DNA from: a virus | Lineage: Duplodnaviria > Caudoviricetes | Direction: 5' to 3' (one strand) | IMG/VR virus record: IMGVR_UViG_3300009068_000048 | Location: 1-55,272 of that record | Length of the DNA: 55,272 nucleotides | In this document: positions 45,468-54,722 of the stretch, in pieces | How positions within the stretch are numbered: position 1 is the first letter of the stretch | Layout: every line of letters begins with the position of its first letter | Notes under the pieces: generated by a model | What the model was told of the DNA's origin: nothing | Seen by the model: only the letters and a program-made list of their open reading frames with translations | The model's database searches: none | Program-made: the position numbers and the translations under genes

Positions 45468-46091
45468 ATGATGGCACGTCCCCGTAAACTAGCAATCCCA
45501 ACAGAAGCTGCTGTTGTTGAAGATGTCCAAATTATTGAAGCAGTCGTAGAAGAAGTCGCTGCTGTAGAAGAGCCTGAGCCAGAAATCCTTATACGCCGGG
45601 AGCTTCGGCCTGAGGTTCGCGAAGAAGATCCACGCACTCGCGCTGCGCGCCGTGCAGCCGAAATTCGCAACCACGGCAATGTGGATGATGATGGTATTGA
45701 TGAATTTTTTGTTGATCCAGCCGTCATCCCACCGGGCTGGTCCTATGAATGGAAGCGCCGCACAGTCATGAATGAAGAAAATGCGGCATATCAAGTCCAG
45801 CTTCAGCTAAAAGGTTGGGAGCCAGTTCCGTCTTCACGCCATCCAGAATATATGCCCAGCAATGGTCGCTTTGCCCATATTGAGCGCAAAGGCATGGTTC
45901 TTATGGAGCGTCCGCTTGAAATTACAGAAGCTGCACGTCAGGCTGAAAATCGTAAAGCTCGTATTCAAGTACGTTCAAAGGAGGAGCAGCTTAATGCGGC
46001 TCCGGGCGGTACTTTTGAGCGAAATAACCAAGATTCCGGAATGGCCAAAATCAACAAATCTTACGAACCAATTCCAATCCCACAAGATTAA
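45468..46091 (+). CDS. conserved head-region hypothetical protein
   Basis: IPPGWSYEWKR...GWEPVP...GMVLMERP; AAGGAG RBS. Confidence 0.7.
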   Translation: MMARPRKLAIPTEAAVVEDVQIIEAVVEEVAAVEEPEPEILIRRELRPEVREEDPRTRAARRAAEIRNHGNVDDDGIDEFFVDPAVIPPGWSYEWKRRTVMNEENAAYQVQLQLKGWEPVPSSRHPEYMPSNGRFAHIERKGMVLMERPLEITEAARQAENRKARIQVRSKEEQLNAAPGGTFERNNQDSGMAKINKSYEPIPIPQD

Positions 46092-46111
46092 TTCACCTAA
46101 AGATAAAGAAG

Positions 46112-46143
46112 AAAGCCCAGCTATTTTTGGCTGGGTTTTTTTT
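46112..46143 (+). terminator. intrinsic terminator
   Basis: AAAGCCCAGCTA-TTTT-TGGCTGGG-TTTTTTTT. Confidence 0.8.
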
Positions 46144-46185
46144 GCCTGTTGACATCAAACATAATTAAGTATTAAAAAGCGTTTC

Positions 46186-46271
46186 GGCTCCCCCCGGTGC
46201 GGGAGTTTCGTTTTATTTGGTCCTAAATCGCCCCAGTGCGCGATAACGGGCTTTCCCTTAGGAGACTCCGT
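46186..46271 (+). promoter_or_regulatory. structured 5' leader: twin hairpins with loop CCC(G/A)GTGC plus an RBS-sequestering stem
   Basis: CTCCC-CCCGGTGC-GGGAG (46188-46205); ATCGC-CCCAGTGC-GCGAT (46227-46244); ACGGGCTTTCC-CTTA-GGAGACTCCGT (46246-46271); TTGACA at 46149. Confidence 0.6.
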
Positions 46272-46272
46272 C

Positions 46273-46866
46273 ATGGCGAATACTTTCGCGCCTTTCGGCT
46301 TCCGTCAGTCTAGTGGCGTTGGTTCGGCCCCTACCTATGAACAGGTAGCGTCTTTCTGCGCTTACAACACTGGCGCGATGTATTTTGGTGATCCCATCTA
46401 TCAGAACGGTACAACGGGCGGCGTTTCTCCCGAAACTCCCGGTACTGGTATTCTTGCTGGCGTTTTTGCTGGCTGCAAATATCTTTCGGTTTCGCAGAAG
46501 CGCACCGTTTGGTCGAACTACTGGGGCGCTGCTGACGTTGCCTCAACTGAAAACGTTGAAGTGTATGTGATCAATGATCCAAATGCGCGCTTCCTTGTTC
46601 AAGTAGGTGGTTCGACCTCAACTGGTCTTGTTGCTGCTGATATTGGTAGCAACATTCAGTTTGCTTATGGTACGCCAAGCACGGCTACCGGCATATCTGG
46701 TGCTTACATCAACCAAACCACGCTTGCCACGACAAACACCTTGCCATTTAAGGTTGTAAGTCTTGTCACTAACCCTCCCGGTTCAAATGGTACTGAAGCT
46801 GGTGCTTACAATTACGCAATTGTAGCCATCAACAACGTATCTACCAAGACCCTGACCGGCGTTTAA
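46273..46866 (+). CDS. putative capsid decoration/cement protein
   Basis: MANTFAPFGFR...GVFAGCKY...YVINDP; beta-rich 197 aa immediately before the major capsid gene. Confidence 0.65.
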   Translation: MANTFAPFGFRQSSGVGSAPTYEQVASFCAYNTGAMYFGDPIYQNGTTGGVSPETPGTGILAGVFAGCKYLSVSQKRTVWSNYWGAADVASTENVEVYVINDPNARFLVQVGGSTSTGLVAADIGSNIQFAYGTPSTATGISGAYINQTTLATTNTLPFKVVSLVTNPPGSNGTEAGAYNYAIVAINNVSTKTLTGV

Positions 46867-46877
46867 GGAGAAGGTAA

Positions 46878-47792
46878 ATGGCTGTTAATTTATCAGCAAT
46901 TAAGGACCTTCTGCTCCCCGGTCTGCGTGGGGTAGAGGGCAAGTACGAACAGATTCCGTCACAGTACGACAAGCTGTTCACAAAGCATGACTCGAAGATG
47001 GCTCTCGAACGTACCGCAGAAATGCGCTACCTCGGTCTGGCTGCTCTGAAGACGGAAGGCGCTCAAACGTCATTCGACAACGGCGCAGGCGAACGCTACA
47101 TCTACAATCAGGAACACAATGAAATTGCGCTTGGCTATGCCATTACCCGCAAGGCAATTGATGACAACCTGTACAAGACGCAGTTCCATCCGTCGAACCT
47201 TGGTCTGGTTGAATCCTTCCAGCAAACCAAGGAAATCTATGGCGCAAACATCTTTAACACCGCGACAACCTACAATGGTGCTATCGGTGGTGACGGTGTA
47301 GCTCTTTGTTCAACTGCTCACCCTATTGATGGTGGTACAGTTGCCAACAAGCCAGCGATTGATGTCGATCTGAACGAAGCTACGTTGCTTAATGCGATGA
47401 TTGCAATCCGTACAAACTTCCGTGATCAGGCAGGTCTAAAGACCTTCTCCCGTGGCCGTAAGTTGGTCATTCCTCCACAGCTTGAGCCTGTTGCAATCCG
47501 TCTCACAAAGACAGAATTGCGTCCGGGTACAAGCGACAATGATGTGAACGCCATCATGGCAACCGCAGGTGGTATTCCTGAAGGTTACATGGTGAACGAC
47601 TTCTTCACCTCAGCGTATGCTTGGTTCATGCTGACCAACATCGATGGATTGTCGTACATGGAGCGCGTCAAGTTCGAGACAGATATGCAAGTTGACTTTG
47701 TAACCGATAACCTTCTGGTTAAGGGTTACGAACGTTATAGCTTTGGCTATTACAACTGGCGTTCGATCTTCGGTTCGTTCCCGACTTCGTAA
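46878..47792 (+). CDS. major capsid protein (HK97 fold, Mu gpT-like family)
   Basis: 304 aa; LLLPGL, KTEG, ALGYAIT..AIDDNLY, GDGVALCSTAHP, KLVIPPQLE, KGYERYSFG..NWRSIFGS. Confidence 0.9.
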   Translation: MAVNLSAIKDLLLPGLRGVEGKYEQIPSQYDKLFTKHDSKMALERTAEMRYLGLAALKTEGAQTSFDNGAGERYIYNQEHNEIALGYAITRKAIDDNLYKTQFHPSNLGLVESFQQTKEIYGANIFNTATTYNGAIGGDGVALCSTAHPIDGGTVANKPAIDVDLNEATLLNAMIAIRTNFRDQAGLKTFSRGRKLVIPPQLEPVAIRLTKTELRPGTSDNDVNAIMATAGGIPEGYMVNDFFTSAYAWFMLTNIDGLSYMERVKFETDMQVDFVTDNLLVKGYERYSFGYYNWRSIFGSFPTS

Positions 47793-47817
47793 TTTAGGAA
47801 TAGAAAGGAGATAACTC

Positions 47818-49059
47818 ATGTCTATTTCTGCTTTTACTGGTCCTCTGGTAAGCTTTGGTCAGTCTCCATATGAGTCGGCTGATAACAACCCAGAAATCGG
47901 TCCGTCTTTGTTTTTTGGTGGCGCGGGGATCTTAGATCCTCGCATCCCATTTTCATACACGCCCGGTCAAGACTTCGGTTCTACTACTGCTGGTTTTCTT
48001 GGCATACAGGACGTGGTGGGTTTAAACATCCTGCCCTATACAAAGGCTGTTGCGGCTATTGCCGCTGCTGCCAACACAACTGCCAGCACAGCAATGACCT
48101 TGGTATCTGCTTCTTCGGCCACAACCGGAATTGCAGTTGCCCAGAGCATTGTCCAATCTAACACTGGTGCCACCGTAACCGGCCTCCTTGGAATTGATTC
48201 CTTCACTCAGGTGACAGGCTACATTTCAAACGGCACAAGCGGCACTGCTGGCAACATCCTGATCGTCTCTGCTGCTTCGGCTGGTCAGTTGACAGTTGGT
48301 ATGGTTATTAGTGGTACAGGCATCGCTGCTAACACAAAGATTATCGGTTACGGCCCAACTGTAAACGCCACAGATGGCGGTTCTGGTGACGGCAATACCG
48401 GTTCATATACTGTTAGCGGTTCTCCTGTTGCTGCTGGTACAAGTAGTTCGCAGCTTACAATCTCCGCCTCTTTGGGCAACTCCACACTGAACGCTATCGC
48501 TGCTGAACGTACTCCGTTTGGCTCCGCTGGCACCATTCAGCTTTGGAACCCAATGGCTTTGACCGCCCGTGCTGTGTCTATCACTACCAGTGTTGCCACT
48601 GTCGGCACCGCCAACGTCTTTACGGTGGTTGGTTACGACATATATGGCTACCCAATGTCTGAGGCGATTACCGTCCCAGCCACTTCGGTTTCCGGCACCA
48701 CTGTCAACGGCAAGAAGGCGTTTAAGTTCATTACCTCTGTAACTCCGTCCGTAACTGATGCGACCACATCGTATTCGGTTGGAACGACTGATATTTTCGG
48801 TCTTCCGCTACGTTCTGATTATTTTGGCAATGCTACGTTTATATATCCCGGAACTGGAGCCACAAACTTGGTGACTTCGGTAACTGGCTATACGGCTGCT
48901 GTAACTACACTGGCTACAACCACAACGGGTGACGTTCGCGGCACCTATGCACTACAGACGGCTGCTTCAACCGGAACCAACCGTTTAATCGTTCGTCAAT
49001 CACCTGCGCTTTACAATATCAGTTCCGTAACGGGACTGTTTGGCGTCACACAGGCATAA
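47818..49059 (+). CDS. virion structural protein (Thr/Ser/Ala-rich)
   Basis: 413 aa after the MCP; GYDIYGYPMSE...GKKAFKFI; carries a divergent copy of the VGMxISG module. Confidence 0.65.
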   Translation: MSISAFTGPLVSFGQSPYESADNNPEIGPSLFFGGAGILDPRIPFSYTPGQDFGSTTAGFLGIQDVVGLNILPYTKAVAAIAAAANTTASTAMTLVSASSATTGIAVAQSIVQSNTGATVTGLLGIDSFTQVTGYISNGTSGTAGNILIVSAASAGQLTVGMVISGTGIAANTKIIGYGPTVNATDGGSGDGNTGSYTVSGSPVAAGTSSSQLTISASLGNSTLNAIAAERTPFGSAGTIQLWNPMALTARAVSITTSVATVGTANVFTVVGYDIYGYPMSEAITVPATSVSGTTVNGKKAFKFITSVTPSVTDATTSYSVGTTDIFGLPLRSDYFGNATFIYPGTGATNLVTSVTGYTAAVTTLATTTTGDVRGTYALQTAASTGTNRLIVRQSPALYNISSVTGLFGVTQA

Positions 49060-49069
49060 GGAGGCCAAT

Positions 49070-49363
49070 ATGAAAGGTCGTAAATACCGCGCCGATGGTG
49101 GCGTAAATTCAGCAGCTAAGGATCTGAGCGATAAGCCAGATCGTCGCAACAATGCAGACCGCATCTTTAATGCGGCTGAAGAGCGCAAAAACGGCGGTCG
49201 CACCAAGCGTAACTATGGTGGGATGGCTGAAGGCGGAGATGCTAAGATGCATGCTGGTCGTAAGGCCCGCAAGTCTGGTGGTTCGTGTGAATCAAGTCCG
49301 TTTTCGTCTGCCCGTGCCGGTACGCCTGCCAAGGGCCGCAAAGCTGACGGAAACATGGAATAG
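49070..49363 (+). CDS. small basic protein with five xxxGG motifs
   Basis: AAGGAGG RBS, ATG 49070; RADGG, RKNGG, RNYGG, MAEGG, RKSGG. Confidence 0.75.
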   Translation: MKGRKYRADGGVNSAAKDLSDKPDRRNNADRIFNAAEERKNGGRTKRNYGGMAEGGDAKMHAGRKARKSGGSCESSPFSSARAGTPAKGRKADGNME

Positions 49364-49387
49364 TCTTTGGGCTGTTTTTGAAAAAAT

Positions 49388-49417
49388 GGGCGGGGGCTTA
49401 ACGGCCCCCGTTTGTTT
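49388..49417 (+). terminator. intrinsic terminator
   Basis: GGGCGGGGGC-TTAACG-GCCCCCGTTT-GTTT. Confidence 0.65.
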
Positions 49418-49429
49418 ATGGAGGACTGA

Positions 49430-49699
49430 ATGTCAGACACTTGGCAACGTAAAGAAGGTCAATCTCCTTCTGGTGGATTAAATGAAAAAGGGCGGGCATC
49501 TCTCCGTGCAGAAGGACGCGATATTAAGCGTCCTGTAACGGCTGAGGAAGCAGATCGCAGCCCTGCGGCAGCAGATAGGCGCGATAACTTTCGCTCACGC
49601 ATGTGCGGGATGAAGGAAAAGCTTACCTCTGCCAAGACAGCGCACGATCCAAACAGCCGGATCAATTTGGCGCTTAAAAGATGGGACGTGAAGTGCTAG
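49430..49699 (+). CDS. small conserved basic phage protein (WQRKEG..P.GGLN.KGR family)
   Basis: WQRKEGQSPSGGLNEKGR...RRDNFRSRMCGM...DPNSRINLALKRW; GGAGG RBS. Confidence 0.75.
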   Translation: MSDTWQRKEGQSPSGGLNEKGRASLRAEGRDIKRPVTAEEADRSPAAADRRDNFRSRMCGMKEKLTSAKTAHDPNSRINLALKRWDVKC

Positions 49700-49755
49700 T
49701 CTTCTGTCTTGAGAAATGTTATTTGACACTATAGAATTTTAAAAAGGACCTTGGA

Positions 49756-50559
49756 ATGACTACCTTCAACACTACTGGTGTAGTTAACCAATCTATCACC
49801 CGCATAGGCCGCAACGAGCCTTTTGAGCTTCAGGTCTCCCGTGGCCAGATTACCGGACACGCGAATGAACTTATTTCTGGGATCAGCGGTGGCGTTGGAA
49901 CGTCTTACACAACTGTTTGGAACCAAAACACGGTTTACGCCTATCTCTCCACAGCTTCGGTTATGAAGATTTCAAGCAGCAGCGCAAATGATGCCGCTGC
50001 TGGCACTGGAGCCCGCACCATTTTAATTGATGGCTTGGATGCCGATTATAACCAGATTAGCGAGACAGTGACACTCAATGGCCAGACAGCCGTTAATACC
50101 GTTAACAGCTACCTTCGCGTTTTTCACATTGCTGTATTAACGGCAGGAACTGGGGAAGCCGCTGCCGGTTCAATATATGCTGGAACAGGAACGGTAACCT
50201 CTGGTGTTCCAGCCGTAATCTACAGCGTTTATTCTACTTCCAATGGCGCAACCGCAGCTATTTGGACTGTCCCTGCCGGATATACAGCATATCTGACAGG
50301 GTACGCATCAGGCTATTCAAATGCTTCTGCAACCGCAAATGGAACTGTCTCTCTTTGCGTAAGGCCGTTTGGATCTGTTTTTGACACTATTTCGCAGCTT
50401 CGCGTTTCCAACGGTGTTCAGGGATGGATCGCGTTTCAGTACCCCATCGCTGTCGCTGAAAAGTCTGATATTGAAATTCGGGCTATTTCTTCAGCGGCAA
50501 GTTCTGGTGTGACCGCTGAATTCCAACTTGTCTACATCAAGAACGAAGGCGCTCTTTAA
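49756..50559 (+). CDS. virion structural protein
   Basis: 267 aa, beta-rich; FELQVSRGQI, SSSSANDAAAGTGARTI, WTVPAGYTAY, EKSDIEIRA. Confidence 0.65.
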   Translation: MTTFNTTGVVNQSITRIGRNEPFELQVSRGQITGHANELISGISGGVGTSYTTVWNQNTVYAYLSTASVMKISSSSANDAAAGTGARTILIDGLDADYNQISETVTLNGQTAVNTVNSYLRVFHIAVLTAGTGEAAAGSIYAGTGTVTSGVPAVIYSVYSTSNGATAAIWTVPAGYTAYLTGYASGYSNASATANGTVSLCVRPFGSVFDTISQLRVSNGVQGWIAFQYPIAVAEKSDIEIRAISSAASSGVTAEFQLVYIKNEGAL

Positions 50560-50562
50560 AGT

Positions 50563-51441
50563 ATGTCAAACCCAACAAATGTAAGCGGAACGTATACTTT
50601 CGACCCATCTCTGGGCGAGATGACGCTCTATGCTTACAATTTGATTGGCGTCCGCAACACAGCAATTCTCCAAGAGCATATGGAGTCGGCCCGCATGGCT
50701 GCAAATATGCTCTTGGGTCGCTGGAGTAGTCAGGGCGTAAACCTTTGGAAAGTCACGCGCCAGAGTATACCTCTGGTCGCCGGTCAGCCCACATACAATG
50801 TTCCGACCAACAACATCACCATGCTCGATACATATATCGTGACAGGCGGCGTAACGTTAACGGGTTCGATCAGTGGCGTAACGCTCACCGTTACAAGCGG
50901 ATCTCCGTCAGTCGGCATGATGATCTCAGGCAATGCCATAATTCAAGGGACGCAGATCTTATCCGGATCAGGCTCGACATGGACCGTAAGCACCTCTCAG
51001 ACAGTGGCTGTCGGGGCAATTATTGGTGAAACACAACAGTCCATAAACCGTTTAATTCTTCCTATAAGCCGCACAGAATATGCTTCTTACGCAAATAAAG
51101 AACAGCAGGGCTTTCCGACCACATACTGGCAAGACCGCTTACTTAGTGGCAATGTTACGCTTTGGCCTGTACCTGATGGCACTCAGACGGCACTGAGCTA
51201 TTATCAGGTTGGTCAGATCGATGACGCAGGCTTTACAAATGGTATGCAGGTCAGCTTGCCTGTTTATTTCTATGAAGCTTTTGCTTACGCCCTCGCGCAG
51301 CGTTTGGCCATGATCTGGGCACCTGAGAAGGTGCAGCTTATTAAGCCACTTGCTGATGAGTCATATTTAATTGCTGTTGAACAGAACATTGAAAACGCGC
51401 CAACGTACATCACACCCATGATTTCTGGCTATTATAGGTAA
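50563..51441 (+). CDS. putative head-tail connector protein
   Basis: SARMAANMLLGRWSSQGVNLW, ISRTEYASYANK..QG.PT.YW.DR, LWPVPD, P..FYEA motifs. Confidence 0.65.
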   Translation: MSNPTNVSGTYTFDPSLGEMTLYAYNLIGVRNTAILQEHMESARMAANMLLGRWSSQGVNLWKVTRQSIPLVAGQPTYNVPTNNITMLDTYIVTGGVTLTGSISGVTLTVTSGSPSVGMMISGNAIIQGTQILSGSGSTWTVSTSQTVAVGAIIGETQQSINRLILPISRTEYASYANKEQQGFPTTYWQDRLLSGNVTLWPVPDGTQTALSYYQVGQIDDAGFTNGMQVSLPVYFYEAFAYALAQRLAMIWAPEKVQLIKPLADESYLIAVEQNIENAPTYITPMISGYYR

Positions 51442-51447
51442 TCTGAT

Positions 51448-52251
51448 ATGGCATATGCCTCACAGTCAGGTCGGGCCAAAACAAGTTCATCAGGCCCTCA
51501 AGCGCATGCAATTTGTGACCGCTGCGGGTTTCGTTACAACCATGTCAATCTTCAATGGCAGTTTGATTGGCGTGGCCCAACCATGCAGAATGTTCGCATT
51601 CTTGTGTGCAATAATTGCTTAGACGATCCTCAAGAGCAGCAAAGGGCTATTGTTCTTCCTGCTGACCCTGATCCAATCATGAATGCCCGTGTGCAGGACT
51701 TCCAGACGGCTGAAACCGATTATCAGACAGTTACAGCGCCGTCCATTATTGATCCGACCACAGGCATACCGATACCTGTTAACGTAACTCTTACAACTGA
51801 GGATGGGGTAAATTTACTGACGCAGCAGGTCGGCCCCCCGCTTGGCTCGACCCAAGGTTCCGTCATGCCTCTCATTGATAATGAACAATTTTCTGTAAAG
51901 CTTAATCCATTGTCGATTAACGCTGCTGGCACAGATGTAATCACAGTCACATTCGCAGCCCCTCATGGCCTTTCAACCAATGATCAGATTTCTGTTGATG
52001 GTCTTTTCACCCCTAAAGCAGGCGGGTTTTACAGCATCACAGTTACGACAGCTACAGCATTTACCTATCAAACAAATACAGCTATACCTCCCCAATCTTT
52101 GCTCACCTCTACGACAAATATGGTGACGGCTCTGGTTGGTATCCCATACGGCTTCACCCAGATACCGCAGACAGGGATTAGCAATGTCGGTATTTTTGGT
52201 CCCTATGGGATTTGGGACGAGTCCTTCTGGAATCAGGCTAATTGGAGTTAG
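51448..52251 (+). CDS. CxxC zinc-ribbon protein with C-terminal beta domain
   Basis: AICDRCGF...LVCNNCLD; ITVTFAAPHGLSTNDQISV module. Confidence 0.65.
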   Translation: MAYASQSGRAKTSSSGPQAHAICDRCGFRYNHVNLQWQFDWRGPTMQNVRILVCNNCLDDPQEQQRAIVLPADPDPIMNARVQDFQTAETDYQTVTAPSIIDPTTGIPIPVNVTLTTEDGVNLLTQQVGPPLGSTQGSVMPLIDNEQFSVKLNPLSINAAGTDVITVTFAAPHGLSTNDQISVDGLFTPKAGGFYSITVTTATAFTYQTNTAIPPQSLLTSTTNMVTALVGIPYGFTQIPQTGISNVGIFGPYGIWDESFWNQANWS

Positions 52252-52450
52252 AAGATGGCAGTACCATATACCTTCACTTCTGGAACGCTTATAAGCGCAT
52301 CGCAGGTTAACGCTAATTTCGCTGCGGTCGTTGAATACAATCCGCCATTTATTGATGCATTAACTAGCGGGTACACGGTAGAAGATAAGCTATCTCAAAC
52401 TGTCTCTGTTAAGGACTTTGGCGCTGTTGGGGATGGAATTGCTAACGACT
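52242..52450 (+). repeat. duplicated RBS plus tailspike N-terminus, copy 1
   Basis: ttggagttaga[a/c]gatggcagtaccatata[c/t]cttcacttctggaacgct... shared with 54516-54722. Confidence 0.9.
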
Positions 52451-54498
52451 GGGTTGCGATTGAAAAAGCATTAAACGCTTCAAACAGCGTTTATTTTCCA
52501 GCAGGAACATATAGCATAGAAGGTATAAGAACTTATAACCTGCCAAACAATAAGTTTTTGTATGGTGATGGTAACGCTACTTTGTATTTTGCCACTAGTA
52601 ATGACAAATTTACTATTCAAAATGAAGTAAAAGCAACAACTTTTCTTACGGCTAATCTTGCTATTGGTCAAAGCTACATGGATGTAGTAAGTGCTGTGGG
52701 TGTAGCTGAAGGCGATTTAATTCACATTGATACACTAACTGCAGTTACTTCTATTTTTTCAGCTTATGATAAGCAGTGCGTTCGCAGAGTCGTATCCATT
52801 GTTGGAAACACAATTTATTTTGACCAGCCGTTGGACTTCTTCTTCAACGTAGAAGAACTACCACCAGCACCAGCCCCACTCTATAGAACAAGAATTGATT
52901 TTGCAAATCCCTTTGGCGTTCAAGCCAGTGGCGTAAATATCCTATGTGGAAACACGGGAGGGAATGCGGGCGGAAACTTTTTTCGTTTAATAAGAACTTC
53001 AAATAGTGCTTGGCAAAACGCCAGCCTCTCTGGTTCTGTTCGTGGGTGGATAACTGGCTGGTCTGACGTTTTTTATACTGTAAGCTGTGACAGAACATTG
53101 TTTAATAATGTTCAATTTATAAAATCAAGGTATTCACCACAAATAACTCAAGGATCACGTTACACGACAGTTAGTAACTTTACGGCTTTTCAAGTTAGGC
53201 ATTTAGACGCCAACACTTGGGCGCAAGATACATTGTATATTAATGGTGTTTGTTCTGACACGGACGGAGTAATTCAAAGTCACCCATCTATACGGAACAC
53301 ATTTAAAAATGTTCACGATTCTGTAACTCGTGATGGTCTTTTTGGCTTAGACCTTCGTAGTGTTGGGGACATTGTTGAGGATTGTTCTGCTAGTCGTCCT
53401 GATGGAGTTATAGGGTCTAACACTAACGGTATTGAACCATTGCCCGATTATGTCGATTGGGCGCTAGGATATAAAAAAAGAATCACTCGATTTAATTCAA
53501 CAACAGCCATTATTCAAAATAGAGAGACAATCGGAGATATTGAAATAAATGACTGCGATGTTCCTGACATTGCACTTTTTGATGGTTCAACTGGTATTGG
53601 CTCAATAAGAATTGGAAACGGGAATAATCTTTCTTCGCCGGGTTACAGATTATCAAGAGAACAGAGCACGCGCTCATTTGCAAATAACGGACTTATACCT
53701 GTATATTGGGAGCCGGGATTTGGTTATAATGGAACGCCCACTGCTGTAACGGGAATAACAAATGCAAATCCGGGTGTAGTAACATCTACTGCTCATGGAT
53801 TGAGCAATGGAGACCTTGTTCGTTTAACCGCTGTATTAGGAATGACTGAGGTTAATTACGTTGTGTTTACTGCTCGAAATGTAACCGCAAATACCTTTGA
53901 ACTTTACACAACGGCCACTGTTCCAACGCCTGTAAATACAAGCGCCTATACACCTTACAGTTCTAGTGGTCCTAGTGGGTATGCTGGGAAGCAAAAGAAC
54001 ACACGATCTTTCCAACCCATTTGGACAAAAAATGTTGGTCGCTGGCCTCAAAGAAGATATTATCTTCCAAATCTATGGAGGGAAACGGTTGCTACGGGTT
54101 CTTTAACTCGAACATTTACACTGCAACTTTATACAGAAACAGGTAACAGTCCTGCACAGACACAGTTTTGGACAAGATTAACTTTTATTGCAAAAGGAAA
54201 TACCGGTTTAAGCCAAACTGTTTATGATGTTGCGGCTAATAGATACCCAACAAACCAAATATACTTCCAAAAAACAACTGCTTTAACCACAGACATTAAT
54301 GGATGGAGCGTTACTCTTGCCAATCCAATTTATCATTTTAAAGATAAACAAGATGAAGAAGGCACAAGCGGGTTGGTTGGAAGTGATTATTATTGGACTG
54401 TTGATGTAACTGTAAACCTTTTATCAAACATTAGCATTTTATACGAACTTGATTGCGAAGTGCGCGAATTAAATCGTGGGGTAGATAATCCGGCATGA
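52255..54498 (+). CDS. tailspike 1 (pectate-lyase-like beta-helix)
   Basis: SVKDFGAVGDGIAND..AIEKALN...VYFPAGTY; late ITNANPGVVTSTAHGLSNGDLV..V.GMTEVN (FCCH-like) module. Confidence 0.8.
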   Translation: MAVPYTFTSGTLISASQVNANFAAVVEYNPPFIDALTSGYTVEDKLSQTVSVKDFGAVGDGIANDWVAIEKALNASNSVYFPAGTYSIEGIRTYNLPNNKFLYGDGNATLYFATSNDKFTIQNEVKATTFLTANLAIGQSYMDVVSAVGVAEGDLIHIDTLTAVTSIFSAYDKQCVRRVVSIVGNTIYFDQPLDFFFNVEELPPAPAPLYRTRIDFANPFGVQASGVNILCGNTGGNAGGNFFRLIRTSNSAWQNASLSGSVRGWITGWSDVFYTVSCDRTLFNNVQFIKSRYSPQITQGSRYTTVSNFTAFQVRHLDANTWAQDTLYINGVCSDTDGVIQSHPSIRNTFKNVHDSVTRDGLFGLDLRSVGDIVEDCSASRPDGVIGSNTNGIEPLPDYVDWALGYKKRITRFNSTTAIIQNRETIGDIEINDCDVPDIALFDGSTGIGSIRIGNGNNLSSPGYRLSREQSTRSFANNGLIPVYWEPGFGYNGTPTAVTGITNANPGVVTSTAHGLSNGDLVRLTAVLGMTEVNYVVFTARNVTANTFELYTTATVPTPVNTSAYTPYSSSGPSGYAGKQKNTRSFQPIWTKNVGRWPQRRYYLPNLWRETVATGSLTRTFTLQLYTETGNSPAQTQFWTRLTFIAKGNTGLSQTVYDVAANRYPTNQIYFQKTTALTTDINGWSVTLANPIYHFKDKQDEEGTSGLVGSDYYWTVDVTVNLLSNISILYELDCEVRELNRGVDNPA

Positions 54499-54515
54499 GT
54501 ACTATTGTTTCCGCT

Positions 54516-54722
54516 TGGAGTTAGACGATGGCAGTACCATATATCTTCACTTCTGGAACGCTCATCAGCGCATCGCAGGTCAACGCTAATTTTTCTGCGG
54601 CCATTGAATACGATCCGCCATTTACTGGTGCAGTAACCAGCGGGTACATGGTAGCCGATAGGTTGTCTCAGACCGTTTCCGTTAAGGACTTCGGCGCTGT
54701 TGGCAATGGCGTGGCTGACGAT
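54516..54722 (+). repeat. duplicated RBS plus tailspike N-terminus, copy 2
   Basis: Matches 52242-52450 by direct reading. Confidence 0.9.
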
